In this document: piece after piece, positions 5,589 through 16,232 of the stretch
Numbering within the stretch: position 1 is the first letter of the stretch
Layout: each line of letters opens with the position of its first letter
IMG/VR virus record: IMGVR_UViG_2791355477_000007
Reading direction: 5' to 3' (one strand)
Source: a virus
Taxonomy: Duplodnaviria > Heunggongvirae > Uroviricota > Caudoviricetes
Length of the DNA stretch: 64,000 nucleotides
Notes under the pieces: model-generated
What the model saw: the letters and a program-made list of their open reading frames with translations, nothing else
The model's database searches: none
Told to the model about the DNA's origin: nothing
Made by a program: the position numbers and the translations under genes

Positions 5589-5924
5589 ATGATTCTTTTC
5601 AAAAACATGACAAAGAAAAACGATAGTAATATCCCTAAAAAATATCAAAAACAAATTACCGTAGATTTTTTAAAAGATTTCAAGAAAAATATAGACACTA
5701 CTTTTAAAATAAATAACACTGAGTCTCTACTTACCTATGAGAACACATATATTCATCTTGAATGCACGATTGGTTGGTGGGAAGCTGTAAAAAAAACTTG
5801 TGAAAAATATGAGTTACACGATTTATTAAGTTATTACAATAACTTAAATTGGATGAAAAGCGATGCCTTTGACTTAGAATTATCTCATCTATTGATAACA
5901 AATGCTATTATAAAACAAAAATAA
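5589..5924 (+). CDS. hypothetical protein
   Basis: GGAGGTG RBS before ATG 5589. Confidence 0.7.
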   Translation: MILFKNMTKKNDSNIPKKYQKQITVDFLKDFKKNIDTTFKINNTESLLTYENTYIHLECTIGWWEAVKKTCEKYELHDLLSYYNNLNWMKSDAFDLELSHLLITNAIIKQK

Positions 5925-5951
5925 ATATTAACTTACCGAAGGAGACCTTTT

Positions 5952-6413
5952 ATGAAAAGCAGATATAAAAAACACCTAAAAAGAATGAGTAAAAGAAGTC
6001 CTATCATTTCGTTTTCTCAAACAGATATTCATCATAAAGGTAGTGTTTTAATAGAAGACGAATTATCAACTTTCTCTCAACATATGAAATTAGACCCAGA
6101 AGAAACATATTCTGCTACCTATACATCTAAAAAAGAAGAAATGATTTCAAATCTATACTTCTTTGTTGATAATTATTTGATGTGCGGAGGTCATACACAT
6201 ATATTCTTGCTTGTTCCATTAACCAATGGCTTTTATCAAGTTATTGAGAAGGAAAATATATCAGAATGGGTTAATGCTTATTGGAAGAAAGAAGACCCTA
6301 ATAATCAACGAGATTGGCGTTATATGGACGAAGACATAAATGATTTGTTCGACTATATGATAAATCAATTCAATAAGCATGTTAAAAAGAAAAAAAGCGT
6401 GTATTTACAATGA
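5952..6413 (+). CDS. hypothetical protein
   Basis: ORF with AAGGAG RBS. Confidence 0.75.
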   Translation: MKSRYKKHLKRMSKRSPIISFSQTDIHHKGSVLIEDELSTFSQHMKLDPEETYSATYTSKKEEMISNLYFFVDNYLMCGGHTHIFLLVPLTNGFYQVIEKENISEWVNAYWKKEDPNNQRDWRYMDEDINDLFDYMINQFNKHVKKKKSVYLQ

Positions 6414-6544
6414 ATGTTTCCATTAAAGAGATTCAACGAATGATTAAAGAATCTATTGCTAACAATCCCCCGAAGCCTATAGTTGTAGGAGAAGTTCGAG
6501 AAGGTGTTTGCGATTATCTACGCCATGCAATTAAGAATTCATAG
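6410..6544 (+). CDS. 44-aa hypothetical protein
   Basis: ATGA overlap with upstream stop; contains IVVGEVR. Confidence 0.4.
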   Translation: MNVSIKEIQRMIKESIANNPPKPIVVGEVREGVCDYLRHAIKNS

Positions 6545-6639
6545 TTCAACAAAACACTTCTTTTAAGCCCTAAATCATGACAAAAAAAACGCAGAGACTT
6601 ATCCCTGCGTTTTTTATTTATATCAAGTTTCTTATTTTA

Positions 6640-6816
6640 TTATTCTCGACTATCTAAGAAGTCTTGTATTTCTTTTGCTTGCTTCAAATATACACCAGTA
6701 ACATCTGGTGGCTGAATTTCAGCCTCGCACTCTAACCACGTCTTGAGTTGCAATAACCATAGTTCAACTTTAAAAATTTCCTTTTGTTCCGTAATAGGTT
6801 CTAACACTTCATTCAC
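6640..6816 (-). CDS. 58-aa hypothetical protein
   Basis: GTG start with AAGGGAAG RBS, manual translation. Confidence 0.5.
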   Translation of the reverse strand: MNEVLEPITEQKEIFKVELWLLQLKTWLECEAEIQPPDVTGVYLKQAKEIQDFLDSRE

Positions 6817-6849
6817 ACTTCCCTTCTTTTGATAAACCCATCTCTTCTC

Positions 6850-7047
6850 TCATTCGCTCTCAAATTGATACATCTTATCTGATTCAACCATGTGCTGATA
6901 AGCTACATTCATTCCATCTAATTTCGCTTGCAGTCTCTTTTTCTCTTTACCACTTGTGTTTGCTATTCGTTCCTTTAAATAATTCATGCTATTTATAAGC
7001 TATGCCTTTTGTTCGTTCCAAGCTCTTTATATGTCATTCCGATTCAT
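6850..7047 (-). pseudogene. small gene with two in-frame stops
   Basis: MNRNDI*RAWNEQKA*LINSMNYLKERI... Confidence 0.4.
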
Positions 7048-7086
7048 CCCTTTCACTATATTTCATTTGCATTATAACATATTTTA

Positions 7087-7100
7087 TTGACTATAGTAAA
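7087..7100. promoter_or_regulatory. palindromic operator/-35 motif (consensus TTGACTATAGTCAA)
   Basis: TTGACTATAGTAAA; TGnTATGAT -10 downstream. Confidence 0.75.
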
Positions 7101-7149
7101 TAAAATGTTATGATTTATTTATAAAACACATAATTAAGGACGTGAAAAA

Positions 7150-7485
7150 ATGACTGAGCAAGAATATCGTGATTTTAGAATGTGGGAAACAAAGTTAAAA
7201 GTAAATGAACAGGCGAAAAAAGAATTGAAAACATCAGAAGGAGCAAGCTTTTCAGAAAATAAATTATTCTTAAATGCTAATCGAAATTGGGTCGCTACTT
7301 CCATGCCTATTCTATACTCCAATGACGAAATTCATTTTGTTGTATCACCACTAATAACTAATGGTACAGATGAAGGTGCCAGTGGTTTAGAAGCTATTAT
7401 TTTCACAAAGAAACAACTTATGAAGACCTTTGATATTCAATTAGAAACTAAAAATACAAATAACGAAATGGAGATAAGAAAATGA
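7150..7485 (+). CDS. hypothetical protein, paralog of 7763-8056
   Basis: shared W..T.MPI.Y.ND motif. Confidence 0.75.
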   Translation: MTEQEYRDFRMWETKLKVNEQAKKELKTSEGASFSENKLFLNANRNWVATSMPILYSNDEIHFVVSPLITNGTDEGASGLEAIIFTKKQLMKTFDIQLETKNTNNEMEIRK

Positions 7486-7766
7486 AGAATTATTTAGTTG
7501 CATTGCGTGTAGGTGGAGATATGGGTCAGCCTGATATCTCATATAATGATTTTCAAATTATTAAAGCAGAAAATAAATTAGATGCTTGTAAAAGATATAA
7601 CCAAATTAATAATTGCTCCTATTTTTATGGAGAAGCTTTAGCTTTAGTTAGAGATAAAGTGTCTGTAGAAAAAGCATTAACAAGAAGAATGAATATTAAA
7701 ATGTGGTTCAACCTATTTTCTACAGGTGCTTTAGAAGGCGTTGATAAAAAGGAGTCTCAAAAATGA
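7482..7766 (+). CDS. hypothetical protein
   Basis: overlapping operon ORF. Confidence 0.7.
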   Translation: MKNYLVALRVGGDMGQPDISYNDFQIIKAENKLDACKRYNQINNCSYFYGEALALVRDKVSVEKALTRRMNIKMWFNLFSTGALEGVDKKESQK

Positions 7767-8056
7767 CAGAATTAGAATTTGATAGAGTGCAAGCGCTCCA
7801 TACACCATTGTATTTAGCTAAAACATTTGTAGATACTTTAGAGGAAAAAGAGCTATTAGAATTAGCAGAGTCATTTATGTTAAATAGAAAACAAAACACT
7901 TGGTATCTTACAGCAATGCCTATTCCCTATCCTAACGACACGACTACTTATTTAGTACAAGCAGTCGATAAGGATAATCGAATCATCCCTGTTTCAGCTA
8001 TGGTTCTATCTAAAGAATATTTCATGAAGTTATTTTCGTTAAAAAAGGAGTTTTAA
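7763..8056 (+). CDS. hypothetical protein, paralog of 7150-7485
   Basis: shared motif. Confidence 0.75.
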   Translation: MTELEFDRVQALHTPLYLAKTFVDTLEEKELLELAESFMLNRKQNTWYLTAMPIPYPNDTTTYLVQAVDKDNRIIPVSAMVLSKEYFMKLFSLKKEF

Positions 8057-8059
8057 CGC

Positions 8060-8884
8060 ATGAAAAACAGATTTCAAGTGCAAATCTCAGCAATATATCA
8101 TTTCTTTAAAAGTACAAAAGCAACAAACAAAAAGGCGATAGAAACATTTATGTATCATGATTGGATGAAGTGTGACGATTTAGAAAAACGAGACGATACG
8201 GGTGTATATTTTACAATGGGTGCAATTGAACCAAATACAAAAAAATCTATTATTCTTGATTCCATTATTGTTGTATCTGAATCCGAATTTGAAAGTTTGT
8301 TTTACGGTGCAGAAAAACTTACTATCTCTCCTTCTGCCTATATTGAATCGTTGGAGAATTGGTTAATATTTGTAAGTAATTGTTATCAACATAACTTTGA
8401 TAGATTCTTAGAGTTACAGAAAACTGAACACTATGGAGCATTCGCAGAATATGAACAAATCGGATTTTTATCCCTTGCTTCTCTTGTTAAATCTATATCT
8501 AAATTGAAATACACTTCTTTTTATATAAAAGACTCTATGCCATTTGAGATTATGGCGAGAAGAACAAAATATGATTTTTACGAATTCGAAAATACAGAAG
8601 AAGAAAAATACATCTCTCATTTAGAAGAACTACTCATTTATGTTTGTCACTTCTATCAGAAAAATCATGACCACTTCTTCCAGATGTATATAGACCAGAA
8701 AAACAAATACTACTACCGATTAGCTACCGTTCAAGGCACTCGTTATCGTTCTGAAGTTAAAAATATTAGCGAGTTGTGTGATGAATGTTTTATCGTTACT
8801 TTTATTGAAGAAAAAGAACATGAAATTCTATTGAAAAAACTCACAGAGAATCAGACAAAAAGAAATAAGAAAGAAAATGCATAG
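8060..8884 (+). CDS. hypothetical protein with internal repeat
   Basis: YI..LE..LI.V...YQ.N.D.F occurs twice. Confidence 0.75.
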   Translation: MKNRFQVQISAIYHFFKSTKATNKKAIETFMYHDWMKCDDLEKRDDTGVYFTMGAIEPNTKKSIILDSIIVVSESEFESLFYGAEKLTISPSAYIESLENWLIFVSNCYQHNFDRFLELQKTEHYGAFAEYEQIGFLSLASLVKSISKLKYTSFYIKDSMPFEIMARRTKYDFYEFENTEEEKYISHLEELLIYVCHFYQKNHDHFFQMYIDQKNKYYYRLATVQGTRYRSEVKNISELCDECFIVTFIEEKEHEILLKKLTENQTKRNKKENA

Positions 8885-8907
8885 AGGGAAAACTCCCTCT
8901 ATTTTTT
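8881..8907 (+). terminator. intrinsic terminator
   Basis: ATAGAGGGA/TCCCTCTAT plus T run. Confidence 0.7.
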
Positions 8908-8926
8908 ATGAGTTCATTTTATTTTA

Positions 8927-8940
8927 TTGACTATAGTTAA
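8927..8940. promoter_or_regulatory. palindromic operator/-35 motif
   Basis: TTGACTATAGTTAA upstream of recD2. Confidence 0.75.
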
Positions 8941-8980
8941 TGAAATAAGTTAAAATGTATGTATACAAATATAAAGAAAT

Positions 8981-11596
8981 ATGTACGAATTAGTTAGAAA
9001 AGGAGAGGTGAAACACTTGTCTGTATTTAATTTAGAAAATTATCTTAGTGAACCAAAGTCAGCTTTAGATGATTTCGAAGTCGATGATGAAATTACCATT
9101 GTCACCCTTCCACTTGATACAATTTACGAAAATTCAGAATCGGGTTATCGTGTTTATGCTTGTCAAAGTGAAGAAGGTCAGTCATTTAAAATGAACGGAA
9201 AATTCATCATGCCACTTAATCCGAATATTCACTATCAGGTAAATGGAGTTATTGTATTTTATAAAGGTGAAAAACAAGTAAAAATGAATCGGGTTTCACC
9301 TATAAAGCCAATTGGGAAAAGAGGCATCGTTCGTTACTTACGAACTTTAAAAGGTCTGAAAAATAGAGCAGAGGATATTTATAGCGTTTTCGGTGATAAA
9401 TCTATTGATATGTTGATAGAAAACCCTGAAGAAGTTGTTAGTCGAATTAAAGGGATTGGTAAAAAAAGTGTGGAAGCTTGGAAAAAACAACTTGAAAGTC
9501 TAACAAATTCACAGTATACATTGTCTTATTTATTAGATATTGGTTTGTCGTTTGAGCAATCAAAAAGCTTATACAGCGAATATAAAGATGATATCATTCG
9601 TTTAATTTCAGAAAATCCTTATCTTTTAGCAAGGAAAATTCCAGGATACGGATTTAAAAAATGTGACAAAATCGCTAAAGATATTCACTTTGACATGCTA
9701 AGTGATGAACGTATTCAAGAAGGGATTATTCATGGACTTGATGAGGCAACAAAAGAAGGTCACTGCTTCTTACATAAAGATGATTTAATTGAAAAAACAA
9801 GAGAGATATTGAGAGTTACACTTCCTTCTAAAGAAAGCGAACGTTTATTAAAAGAAACAATAGATGAAAAAATCTCTTATTACTTTGGTACAATCCAAGT
9901 TATGATTCCAAGGGATGAACTAAACGCTTATTATGAACGTTGGAAATCAGCTCGTTATAAAAATGAAAAAGAAAAGTGTTTATATCCTTTATTTGATATT
10001 CCATATGAACTGATTGAGGAAGAAATTGAGAATTTGCTTACTTTTGAGAGAATTGTCATAGAACAAGACCGTGTGTATTTAGAATACATCCATAGTGCTG
10101 AAGTCCGTGTGGCAGAAGAGCTTTATCGTCTTTCAGATACGCAAGAATGGAAGAATCAAATAGATATTAAGGCTGAATTAGACAAGTATCTATCTGCTGA
10201 AGGTATTGAATTAGAAGAAAAACAAGAAGAAGCCATTTTAACATTCACGAAAAGACGTGGTGGTTTTTATGTACTAAATGGTTCCGCAGGTTGTGGGAAA
10301 ACATTCGTTTTAAAAATCATATTGAAAATCTTCAATATTGTATGTAAATCAAATGGCATTACTCCCTACCTTCAATTATTGGCTCCAACTGGAAAGGCCG
10401 CTAAAGTTGCTAAGAAATCAACAAATGAAATATGTCTTACTGTACATAGAGGATTAGAATTCCGTGGAGGAGAAGGATTTACCTTCAATGCATCCAATCC
10501 TTTACCAGGGAACATTATCGTTTTAGATGAAAGCTCGTTTTTAGATGTGGAATTATCTAAGGATTTACTACAAGCAATTAAACGTGGTGCTACAGTTATC
10601 TGGATGGGCGATATTAAACAGTTGCCGAGTATTGGTCCAGGCAGTGTTCTAAAAGATATCATTGAAAGTGGAGTTCTTCCAGTTGTTACATTAGATGTAG
10701 TAAAGCGTCAAGGAAAGCAATCAGGTATTGCAAAAAACGCAAAAAAAATCATTGATGGTGAAATGATTGAAACTTGCGAGGATACAAAGGATTCCTATGC
10801 TGTATTTCGTGATTCACCTAAGGTTATTTTGAAGAACATTCTCGAATCTGTTAAACGTGTCCTTACGTTCCCTGATTATACACTGGATGATATCCAAGTT
10901 CTATCACCTCAAAAAACAGGTATTTTAGGAACATATATGATTAACTTGTTAATGCAAGAAGCTTTTAACGAAACTGAATCAACTGTTACTTCTTTAAATA
11001 AAGAATTCACTGTAGATAATGAACGTTTTTCTCTGTACTTTAAAGAAGGCGATAAAGTCATTAACATGCGTAATAACGACTTAAAAGTTTGGTACAAAAA
11101 AAGTTACGTTTCAACTGAAGACAGTAACGTTCTTCTTACCCAATATACACCGAATAAAGATGCTAAAGGTGGCATTGCAAACGGTGAAACTGGTGTAATT
11201 GAAGCAATCCGAAAAATCAAAGAACCAGTTGATAATAAGGAGACTATAAAAGGTGCTGTTCCTGCAAAAACGAAGGAAATCATTCGTATAATTGTAAAAT
11301 ACGATGATGGTTATATCTTCTATGATAACAAGGAAAAAGAAGATTTAGACCATGCATACGCATTCTCTATTCACAAGTCTCAGGGTTCACAATGGAGAGC
11401 TTGTATCATGCCAATTTCTATGCTTCACTACAGAATGCTTGATAATAGCTTGTTCTATACTGGATTTACACGAGCTCAAGAATTTAATGTGGTAATTGGT
11501 GAAGAAAGAGCGATTAAACACGCAATTAAAACGTACAAGTCAAGAGAGCGTAACACCACTCTAAAAGAGCGTTTAGAAAGTTTATATCTCATTTAA
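8981..11596 (+). CDS. recD2: ATP-dependent RecD-like SF1B helicase (start may be TTG 9017)
   Basis: N-terminal HhH region, GSAGCGKT, DESS, GDIKQLPSIGPG, HKSQGSQW, YTGFTRA. Confidence 0.93.
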   Translation: MYELVRKGEVKHLSVFNLENYLSEPKSALDDFEVDDEITIVTLPLDTIYENSESGYRVYACQSEEGQSFKMNGKFIMPLNPNIHYQVNGVIVFYKGEKQVKMNRVSPIKPIGKRGIVRYLRTLKGLKNRAEDIYSVFGDKSIDMLIENPEEVVSRIKGIGKKSVEAWKKQLESLTNSQYTLSYLLDIGLSFEQSKSLYSEYKDDIIRLISENPYLLARKIPGYGFKKCDKIAKDIHFDMLSDERIQEGIIHGLDEATKEGHCFLHKDDLIEKTREILRVTLPSKESERLLKETIDEKISYYFGTIQVMIPRDELNAYYERWKSARYKNEKEKCLYPLFDIPYELIEEEIENLLTFERIVIEQDRVYLEYIHSAEVRVAEELYRLSDTQEWKNQIDIKAELDKYLSAEGIELEEKQEEAILTFTKRRGGFYVLNGSAGCGKTFVLKIILKIFNIVCKSNGITPYLQLLAPTGKAAKVAKKSTNEICLTVHRGLEFRGGEGFTFNASNPLPGNIIVLDESSFLDVELSKDLLQAIKRGATVIWMGDIKQLPSIGPGSVLKDIIESGVLPVVTLDVVKRQGKQSGIAKNAKKIIDGEMIETCEDTKDSYAVFRDSPKVILKNILESVKRVLTFPDYTLDDIQVLSPQKTGILGTYMINLLMQEAFNETESTVTSLNKEFTVDNERFSLYFKEGDKVINMRNNDLKVWYKKSYVSTEDSNVLLTQYTPNKDAKGGIANGETGVIEAIRKIKEPVDNKETIKGAVPAKTKEIIRIIVKYDDGYIFYDNKEKEDLDHAYAFSIHKSQGSQWRACIMPISMLHYRMLDNSLFYTGFTRAQEFNVVIGEERAIKHAIKTYKSRERNTTLKERLESLYLI

Positions 11597-11656
11597 TAAA
11601 AAAGTCGCAAAGAATATCAATTTCTCTGCGACTTTTTCTATGTTGTGTTCATAACT

Positions 11657-11947
11657 TTACATGCGAGGTAACTGCTCCCAATTTATTTCGGCAACCTCTA
11701 CTCCCCACTGCTTTGCTAATTGTTTTTCATGTTCAACAGCTTCTAATGGAAAAATCGTTTTGTTATTTTTTATATGAAATAAACAAAATTCATCTTTATC
11801 TTGGACAATGACTTCTTTCATTTTTTGTCTATTTCGATAGCAAAAACGAATAATTTCCTCATCATTTCTCAAAATAACAGGAGGTAATTGTACATCCTCC
11901 CCTTCTATTTCTGTTGTTAAGAAACCTTTATATGTATCTGTCGTCAT
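11657..11947 (-). CDS. hypothetical protein
   Basis: ORF, protein-like composition. Confidence 0.65.
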   Translation of the reverse strand: MTTDTYKGFLTTEIEGEDVQLPPVILRNDEEIIRFCYRNRQKMKEVIVQDKDEFCLFHIKNNKTIFPLEAVEHEKQLAKQWGVEVAEINWEQLPRM

Positions 11948-12151
11948 CTATTACATCCCCAATCCATACCATTCAATATTTACCTCAAGTTTATCATAAA
12001 ACTAACTGTGTAGTTATCATTCTTTTTATTAATGTTTTAAGAAATCGAAGAAATACATTATTTTATTTATACATAAAAATAAATCATATATCTTAGTCAC
12101 TCCCCACTTCGTTATTAAGTAAAATATTTTTTATTTACTTTATCTTTTATA

Positions 12152-12165
12152 TAGACTATAGTAAA
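12152..12165. promoter_or_regulatory. palindromic operator motif (degenerate)
   Basis: TAGACTATAGTAAA upstream of the ligA operon. Confidence 0.6.
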
Positions 12166-12204
12166 TGTTATAGTGAGTTATTGACAATAAAAGGTGGTGA
12201 CAGC

Positions 12205-12489
12205 ATGAATAAAGAAATGCATATCATATTAAAGGACGGAAAACCATGGTCTGGTGCTTCTCAAGAAACATTTGCTAAGGTATATTATGATGAGGAAAAA
12301 GCTATTCAAATTGCAAAAAGTGCTTGTACTGCTGAAGCAAATCGTTTTTATGAATATGGAGAAGGTTATTATCAAAATGAAGAGTTATCTTTAACTGAAC
12401 GCAGAAAATTAGCTAAAGATTTAGCAGATAAAGAATGGATTAAACGATGGAAAGTAAAACCAATGATATTAAAAGAGGAGCAAAACTAA
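12205..12489 (+). CDS. hypothetical protein
   Basis: AGGTGG RBS before ATG 12205. Confidence 0.7.
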   Translation: MNKEMHIILKDGKPWSGASQETFAKVYYDEEKAIQIAKSACTAEANRFYEYGEGYYQNEELSLTERRKLAKDLADKEWIKRWKVKPMILKEEQN

Positions 12490-14498
12490 TGATTGAACAA
12501 AAAATTAAACAATTACGTGAAGAAGTTATGAAACATGATTTGCTATATGATGAAGGTACTCCTATTATTACTGATAGCGAATATGACCAAATGTATTATG
12601 AATTGGTTTCATTGGAAGAAAAACACCCTGAATTTGCTGATGAAAATTCTCCTACCAAACGGATTTATTCAGTTGTAGTTGATAGTTTGAAAAAAATAAA
12701 ACACTCTACACCCATGTTGTCACAAGATAAAGGCCATACAGAAGAAGATATTGTGAAATTCGCAAACAAATCTGATGATGAAATTATTGCGGGAGATAAA
12801 GAAGACGGATTAACGATTGTATTAAAGTACAACAACGGTATCTACTATGAAGCTTCAACAAGAGGCGATGGTTATATTGGTGAAGATGTAACACACACTG
12901 TAAGAACTATTACTAACCTTCCTAAGAAAATCTCATTTAAAGGGTATCTTGAGGTTCGTGCTGAATCCGTTATTCCTTTCTCTGAGTTTGAACGAATTAA
13001 TGTAGATGGTAAATATAAATCCCCTCGCAACTTAGTTTCTGGTTCTGTACGTACATTAAATGCGAATATTGCTAAAGAACGTGGCTTAAGTATTATTGCT
13101 TTTGATTTAGTTAAAGCAGAGGGAATTACCTTTGAAAAGGATACTGAGCAATTGGAATTTTTAAAAGAACAAGGGTTTAACGTGGTTCCATATAAAGTGT
13201 TTAAAAACACACCTGAAGGAATAAAAGAATTGATTCAATATTGCTTAACATACAACAAAGAAGTTCGACCAACAATTCCTCATATGATTGATGGACTTGT
13301 GCTTAAATTTAATAATTTAGCTGTTCGAGAATCTTTAGGTTATACATCTAAGTTCCCTCGTTGGGGCTTTGCTTTTAAATTTGATAGTCTTGATGCCACA
13401 ACCAAACTACTTAATATCGTAGAGACCGTTGGTAAATCTGGACAAATTACACCAAATGGTATTTTTGAACCTGTTGAGATTGATGGTGTTACTATTCAAA
13501 AAGCTTCTCTTGCAAATTACGACAACATAAAAGAACGTGATATCCGTATTGGAGATACAATTGTCGTCGCTCGTGCAAATGATGTCATTCCACAAATTGT
13601 ATCGGCTGTTACTGAGCTACGTGATGGAACAGAAAAAGAAATCTTACCGCCTACTTGCTGTCCTGTATGTAAGGGAGAAGTAGTAAAAGAAGAAGATAAC
13701 GTTCATTACTTCTGTATTAACAGTACATGTAGTGCTCAACAAGAACGTATTTTAAAACATTTTGTATCTCGAAATGCAATGAATATTGATGGATTAGGGG
13801 CAAAAACAGTTGAAACATTTTACGAAAAAGGTATCCTTTCTTCTATTTCTGATATTTATACGTTAAAAGATAACTTAGATAAACTATCTGTATTACGTGG
13901 ATTCGGGGAAAAGAAGATTCAAAAAATGTTATCAGGGATTGAGGAAAGCAAACATGTTCCCCTATCTAAATTCTTATACGCTTTAGCTATTCCTAACGTT
14001 GGCTCCAGTACAGGAAAAGACATTGCAAAGAAATTTAAAACAATGAGACATCTAATCGAACTTTCAAAAGACCCTGTTGTGCTAAAAACAGAATTAATGA
14101 AAATTGATGGCATCGGTGAGACAGTAGCAAGTAGTATGGTAAGTTACTTTGAAGAATCTCACAATATTGAGCTTATTGAATTCTTGTATTCAATTGGATT
14201 TACAATGATGGAAGAAGTAGAAGAAATTATCGCTTCTGAAGAAATTGAGGGTAAAATTTTCGTCATTACAGGCTCATTATCTAAACCTCGTAATGATATC
14301 AAAAAAGAAATTGAAGCTCGTGGTGGAAAAGTATCAGGTTCAGTATCTGCAAAGACAAATTTCTTAGTTCTTGGTGGGTATAATCATGTAACAGGAGAAT
14401 TGCCTGAAAAAGAAACGAACAGCTCTAAGTATAAAAATGCTGTTAAATTTGAGTGTCCTATTATTTCTGAAGAAGAATTATTTGCAAAGATGCAATAG
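12489..14498 (+). CDS. ligA: NAD-dependent DNA ligase
   Basis: KEDG adenylation motif, TRGDG, OB fold, C4 zinc finger, HhH, BRCT (GKIFVITGSL). Confidence 0.96.
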   Translation: MIEQKIKQLREEVMKHDLLYDEGTPIITDSEYDQMYYELVSLEEKHPEFADENSPTKRIYSVVVDSLKKIKHSTPMLSQDKGHTEEDIVKFANKSDDEIIAGDKEDGLTIVLKYNNGIYYEASTRGDGYIGEDVTHTVRTITNLPKKISFKGYLEVRAESVIPFSEFERINVDGKYKSPRNLVSGSVRTLNANIAKERGLSIIAFDLVKAEGITFEKDTEQLEFLKEQGFNVVPYKVFKNTPEGIKELIQYCLTYNKEVRPTIPHMIDGLVLKFNNLAVRESLGYTSKFPRWGFAFKFDSLDATTKLLNIVETVGKSGQITPNGIFEPVEIDGVTIQKASLANYDNIKERDIRIGDTIVVARANDVIPQIVSAVTELRDGTEKEILPPTCCPVCKGEVVKEEDNVHYFCINSTCSAQQERILKHFVSRNAMNIDGLGAKTVETFYEKGILSSISDIYTLKDNLDKLSVLRGFGEKKIQKMLSGIEESKHVPLSKFLYALAIPNVGSSTGKDIAKKFKTMRHLIELSKDPVVLKTELMKIDGIGETVASSMVSYFEESHNIELIEFLYSIGFTMMEEVEEIIASEEIEGKIFVITGSLSKPRNDIKKEIEARGGKVSGSVSAKTNFLVLGGYNHVTGELPEKETNSSKYKNAVKFECPIISEEELFAKMQ

Positions 14499-14660
14499 TT
14501 GCCAGTACAAATATTTAAAAGCAGAGAACTTTCTCTGCTTTTTATTTTATTTTTAACAAATAAAATATTATGTAGATGAATTATTAAAAGTATTTATTTC
14601 ACACTCATATAAAAACACAATAAAAAAACTTGTATTCATAACGAATACAAGCTCTTCAAC

Positions 14661-15221
14661 TTAATGAATAATCGGATTGTAAAATGCTCGACCTGATTTT
14701 GTTAATTTCAAAGGTTTGAAATCATTATAAATCTGTTCAAAATGATTCGCATCAAAATCAAACCAACATGCATCCCATTCCCTATCCAGTTTGTTTAATT
14801 TGTTTTCAGACAAGAAATAAATTTGCATAGCGTGTGAACCGTCATGATGATGACCTGAGATGAATAGTGAACCATCTTTCTCTACACGCACATCAACCTC
14901 ATCTACTCGTCCCATACACTCTAATGGATTTTCATCCCACGATAACATTCTACCGCCTACAGGATTTCCATTCCAAAGTCCTACACGACCTACAAGAGCA
15001 ATGCGTTCAACGTTTGTTTTATATCGTTTTTCGTACTGCTTAATTTCGGATTGTAAGAAATCCATAAAATATCTTTTTTCATCTTCCCAAGCAGATTGTG
15101 ACCATTGAATTGTACTCACATCAAATCCATCTTCTGCTTTAAAATCATTACCGATATGCCAAACATCCTTAACCTTGTTATATGCTTCTTGGCAATCTCC
15201 TGTTGATAAAATTGTTGTCAT
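14661..15221 (-). CDS. acidic hypothetical protein
   Basis: AGGAGG RBS; preceded by conserved leader motif 2. Confidence 0.8.
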   Translation of the reverse strand: MTTILSTGDCQEAYNKVKDVWHIGNDFKAEDGFDVSTIQWSQSAWEDEKRYFMDFLQSEIKQYEKRYKTNVERIALVGRVGLWNGNPVGGRMLSWDENPLECMGRVDEVDVRVEKDGSLFISGHHHDGSHAMQIYFLSENKLNKLDREWDACWFDFDANHFEQIYNDFKPLKLTKSGRAFYNPIIH

Positions 15222-15229
15222 GATTATTT

Positions 15230-15290
15230 CCTCCTAAAATTAATTTGTATTTTGAATACACCTGTTTATATAATCCTTATATTATAGATA
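15230..15290 (-). promoter_or_regulatory. conserved promoter/leader motif 2
   Basis: TCTATAAT...TATAAACAGGTG...AGGAGG. Confidence 0.65.
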
Positions 15291-15351
15291 GATGGACTTC
15301 ATCCCATAACAAGTATAGAAATTTACATTTAACATAAACAATAATATTTTA

Positions 15352-15365
15352 TTGACTTTAGTTAA
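15352..15365. promoter_or_regulatory. palindromic operator/-35 motif
   Basis: TTGACTTTAGTTAA followed by TATAAT. Confidence 0.75.
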
Positions 15366-15427
15366 TAAAACGTTTTATAATTATTTATAGATACATAACG
15401 TTTAGATAACTAAGGAGAGATATTAAA

Positions 15428-16198
15428 ATGGCTATTACATTAGAGAAAAAAACGGAAATTGCAAAAATTGTATTAGAAAAGGTAAACCTTACAGGGGTCG
15501 TTGCTCAAGTTGTTTTTGTGCTCGATGGTTCTACTTCTATGACACATTTATATAAAAACAACACTGTACAGGACGTTACAGAATCCATCTTAGCTGTGGC
15601 TTTAAATATTGATGATAACAATTCTATTGATGTTTATGGATTCGGTAAAAGCCACAGAAATATTGGTGATGTAAGTCGAGCAAACTACCGTAATTACATT
15701 CAAAATGTTTTTCTGAAGAAGTTCGATTTAGAGCCTTATACTGCTTATGCAGGTGTTATGAACGAAATTGTAAACGAGTACGGAACAAAAACTACAACAA
15801 AAACTATCGAACAACCTAAAAGCGGATTTTTATCAAAATTGTTAGGAAAAACAGAAGTTGTAAAAGTCGACAAAGAACAGGGACCTGTAAAGCACCCAAC
15901 TTTTGTAGTGTTCATTACAGATGGTGATAATTTCGATAAGCCAGAAGCAGAACGTATTATCCGTGAGTCTTCTGACCAACCTATCTTCTGGCAATTTGTT
16001 GGAATTGGTCAAAAAGGAAACTTTTCATTCCTTGAAAAATTAGATAATATGAGTGGTCGTGTAATTGACAACGCTAATTTTGTTCGATTTACCAAAGAAG
16101 AAATTAATAGCATGTCTCAAGAAAAACTATATGAAACGCTTATGAATGAGTTCCCTCTTTGGATTAAAGAAGCAAAAGCTCATGGTTTCATTCAATAA
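15428..16198 (+). CDS. vWA domain protein (vWA-TerF-like)
   Basis: MIDAS DGSTS, FITDGDN, PIFWQFVGIG, R.IDNANF. Confidence 0.85.
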   Translation: MAITLEKKTEIAKIVLEKVNLTGVVAQVVFVLDGSTSMTHLYKNNTVQDVTESILAVALNIDDNNSIDVYGFGKSHRNIGDVSRANYRNYIQNVFLKKFDLEPYTAYAGVMNEIVNEYGTKTTTKTIEQPKSGFLSKLLGKTEVVKVDKEQGPVKHPTFVVFITDGDNFDKPEAERIIRESSDQPIFWQFVGIGQKGNFSFLEKLDNMSGRVIDNANFVRFTKEEINSMSQEKLYETLMNEFPLWIKEAKAHGFIQ

Positions 16199-16232
16199 TA
16201 GATAACAAATAGAAAAGCTCAATGACTTGTAA

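Noticed and set aside
6410-6544. VirB11/PilB ATPase suggested by IVVGEVR
   Set aside because: Only 44 aa with no Walker A; at most a remnant.
6850-7047. Stop-codon reassignment suggested by in-frame stops
   Set aside because: The two stops differ (TAA and TAG), long genes end normally with all three stops and no suppressor tRNA is seen; simple decay is more likely.
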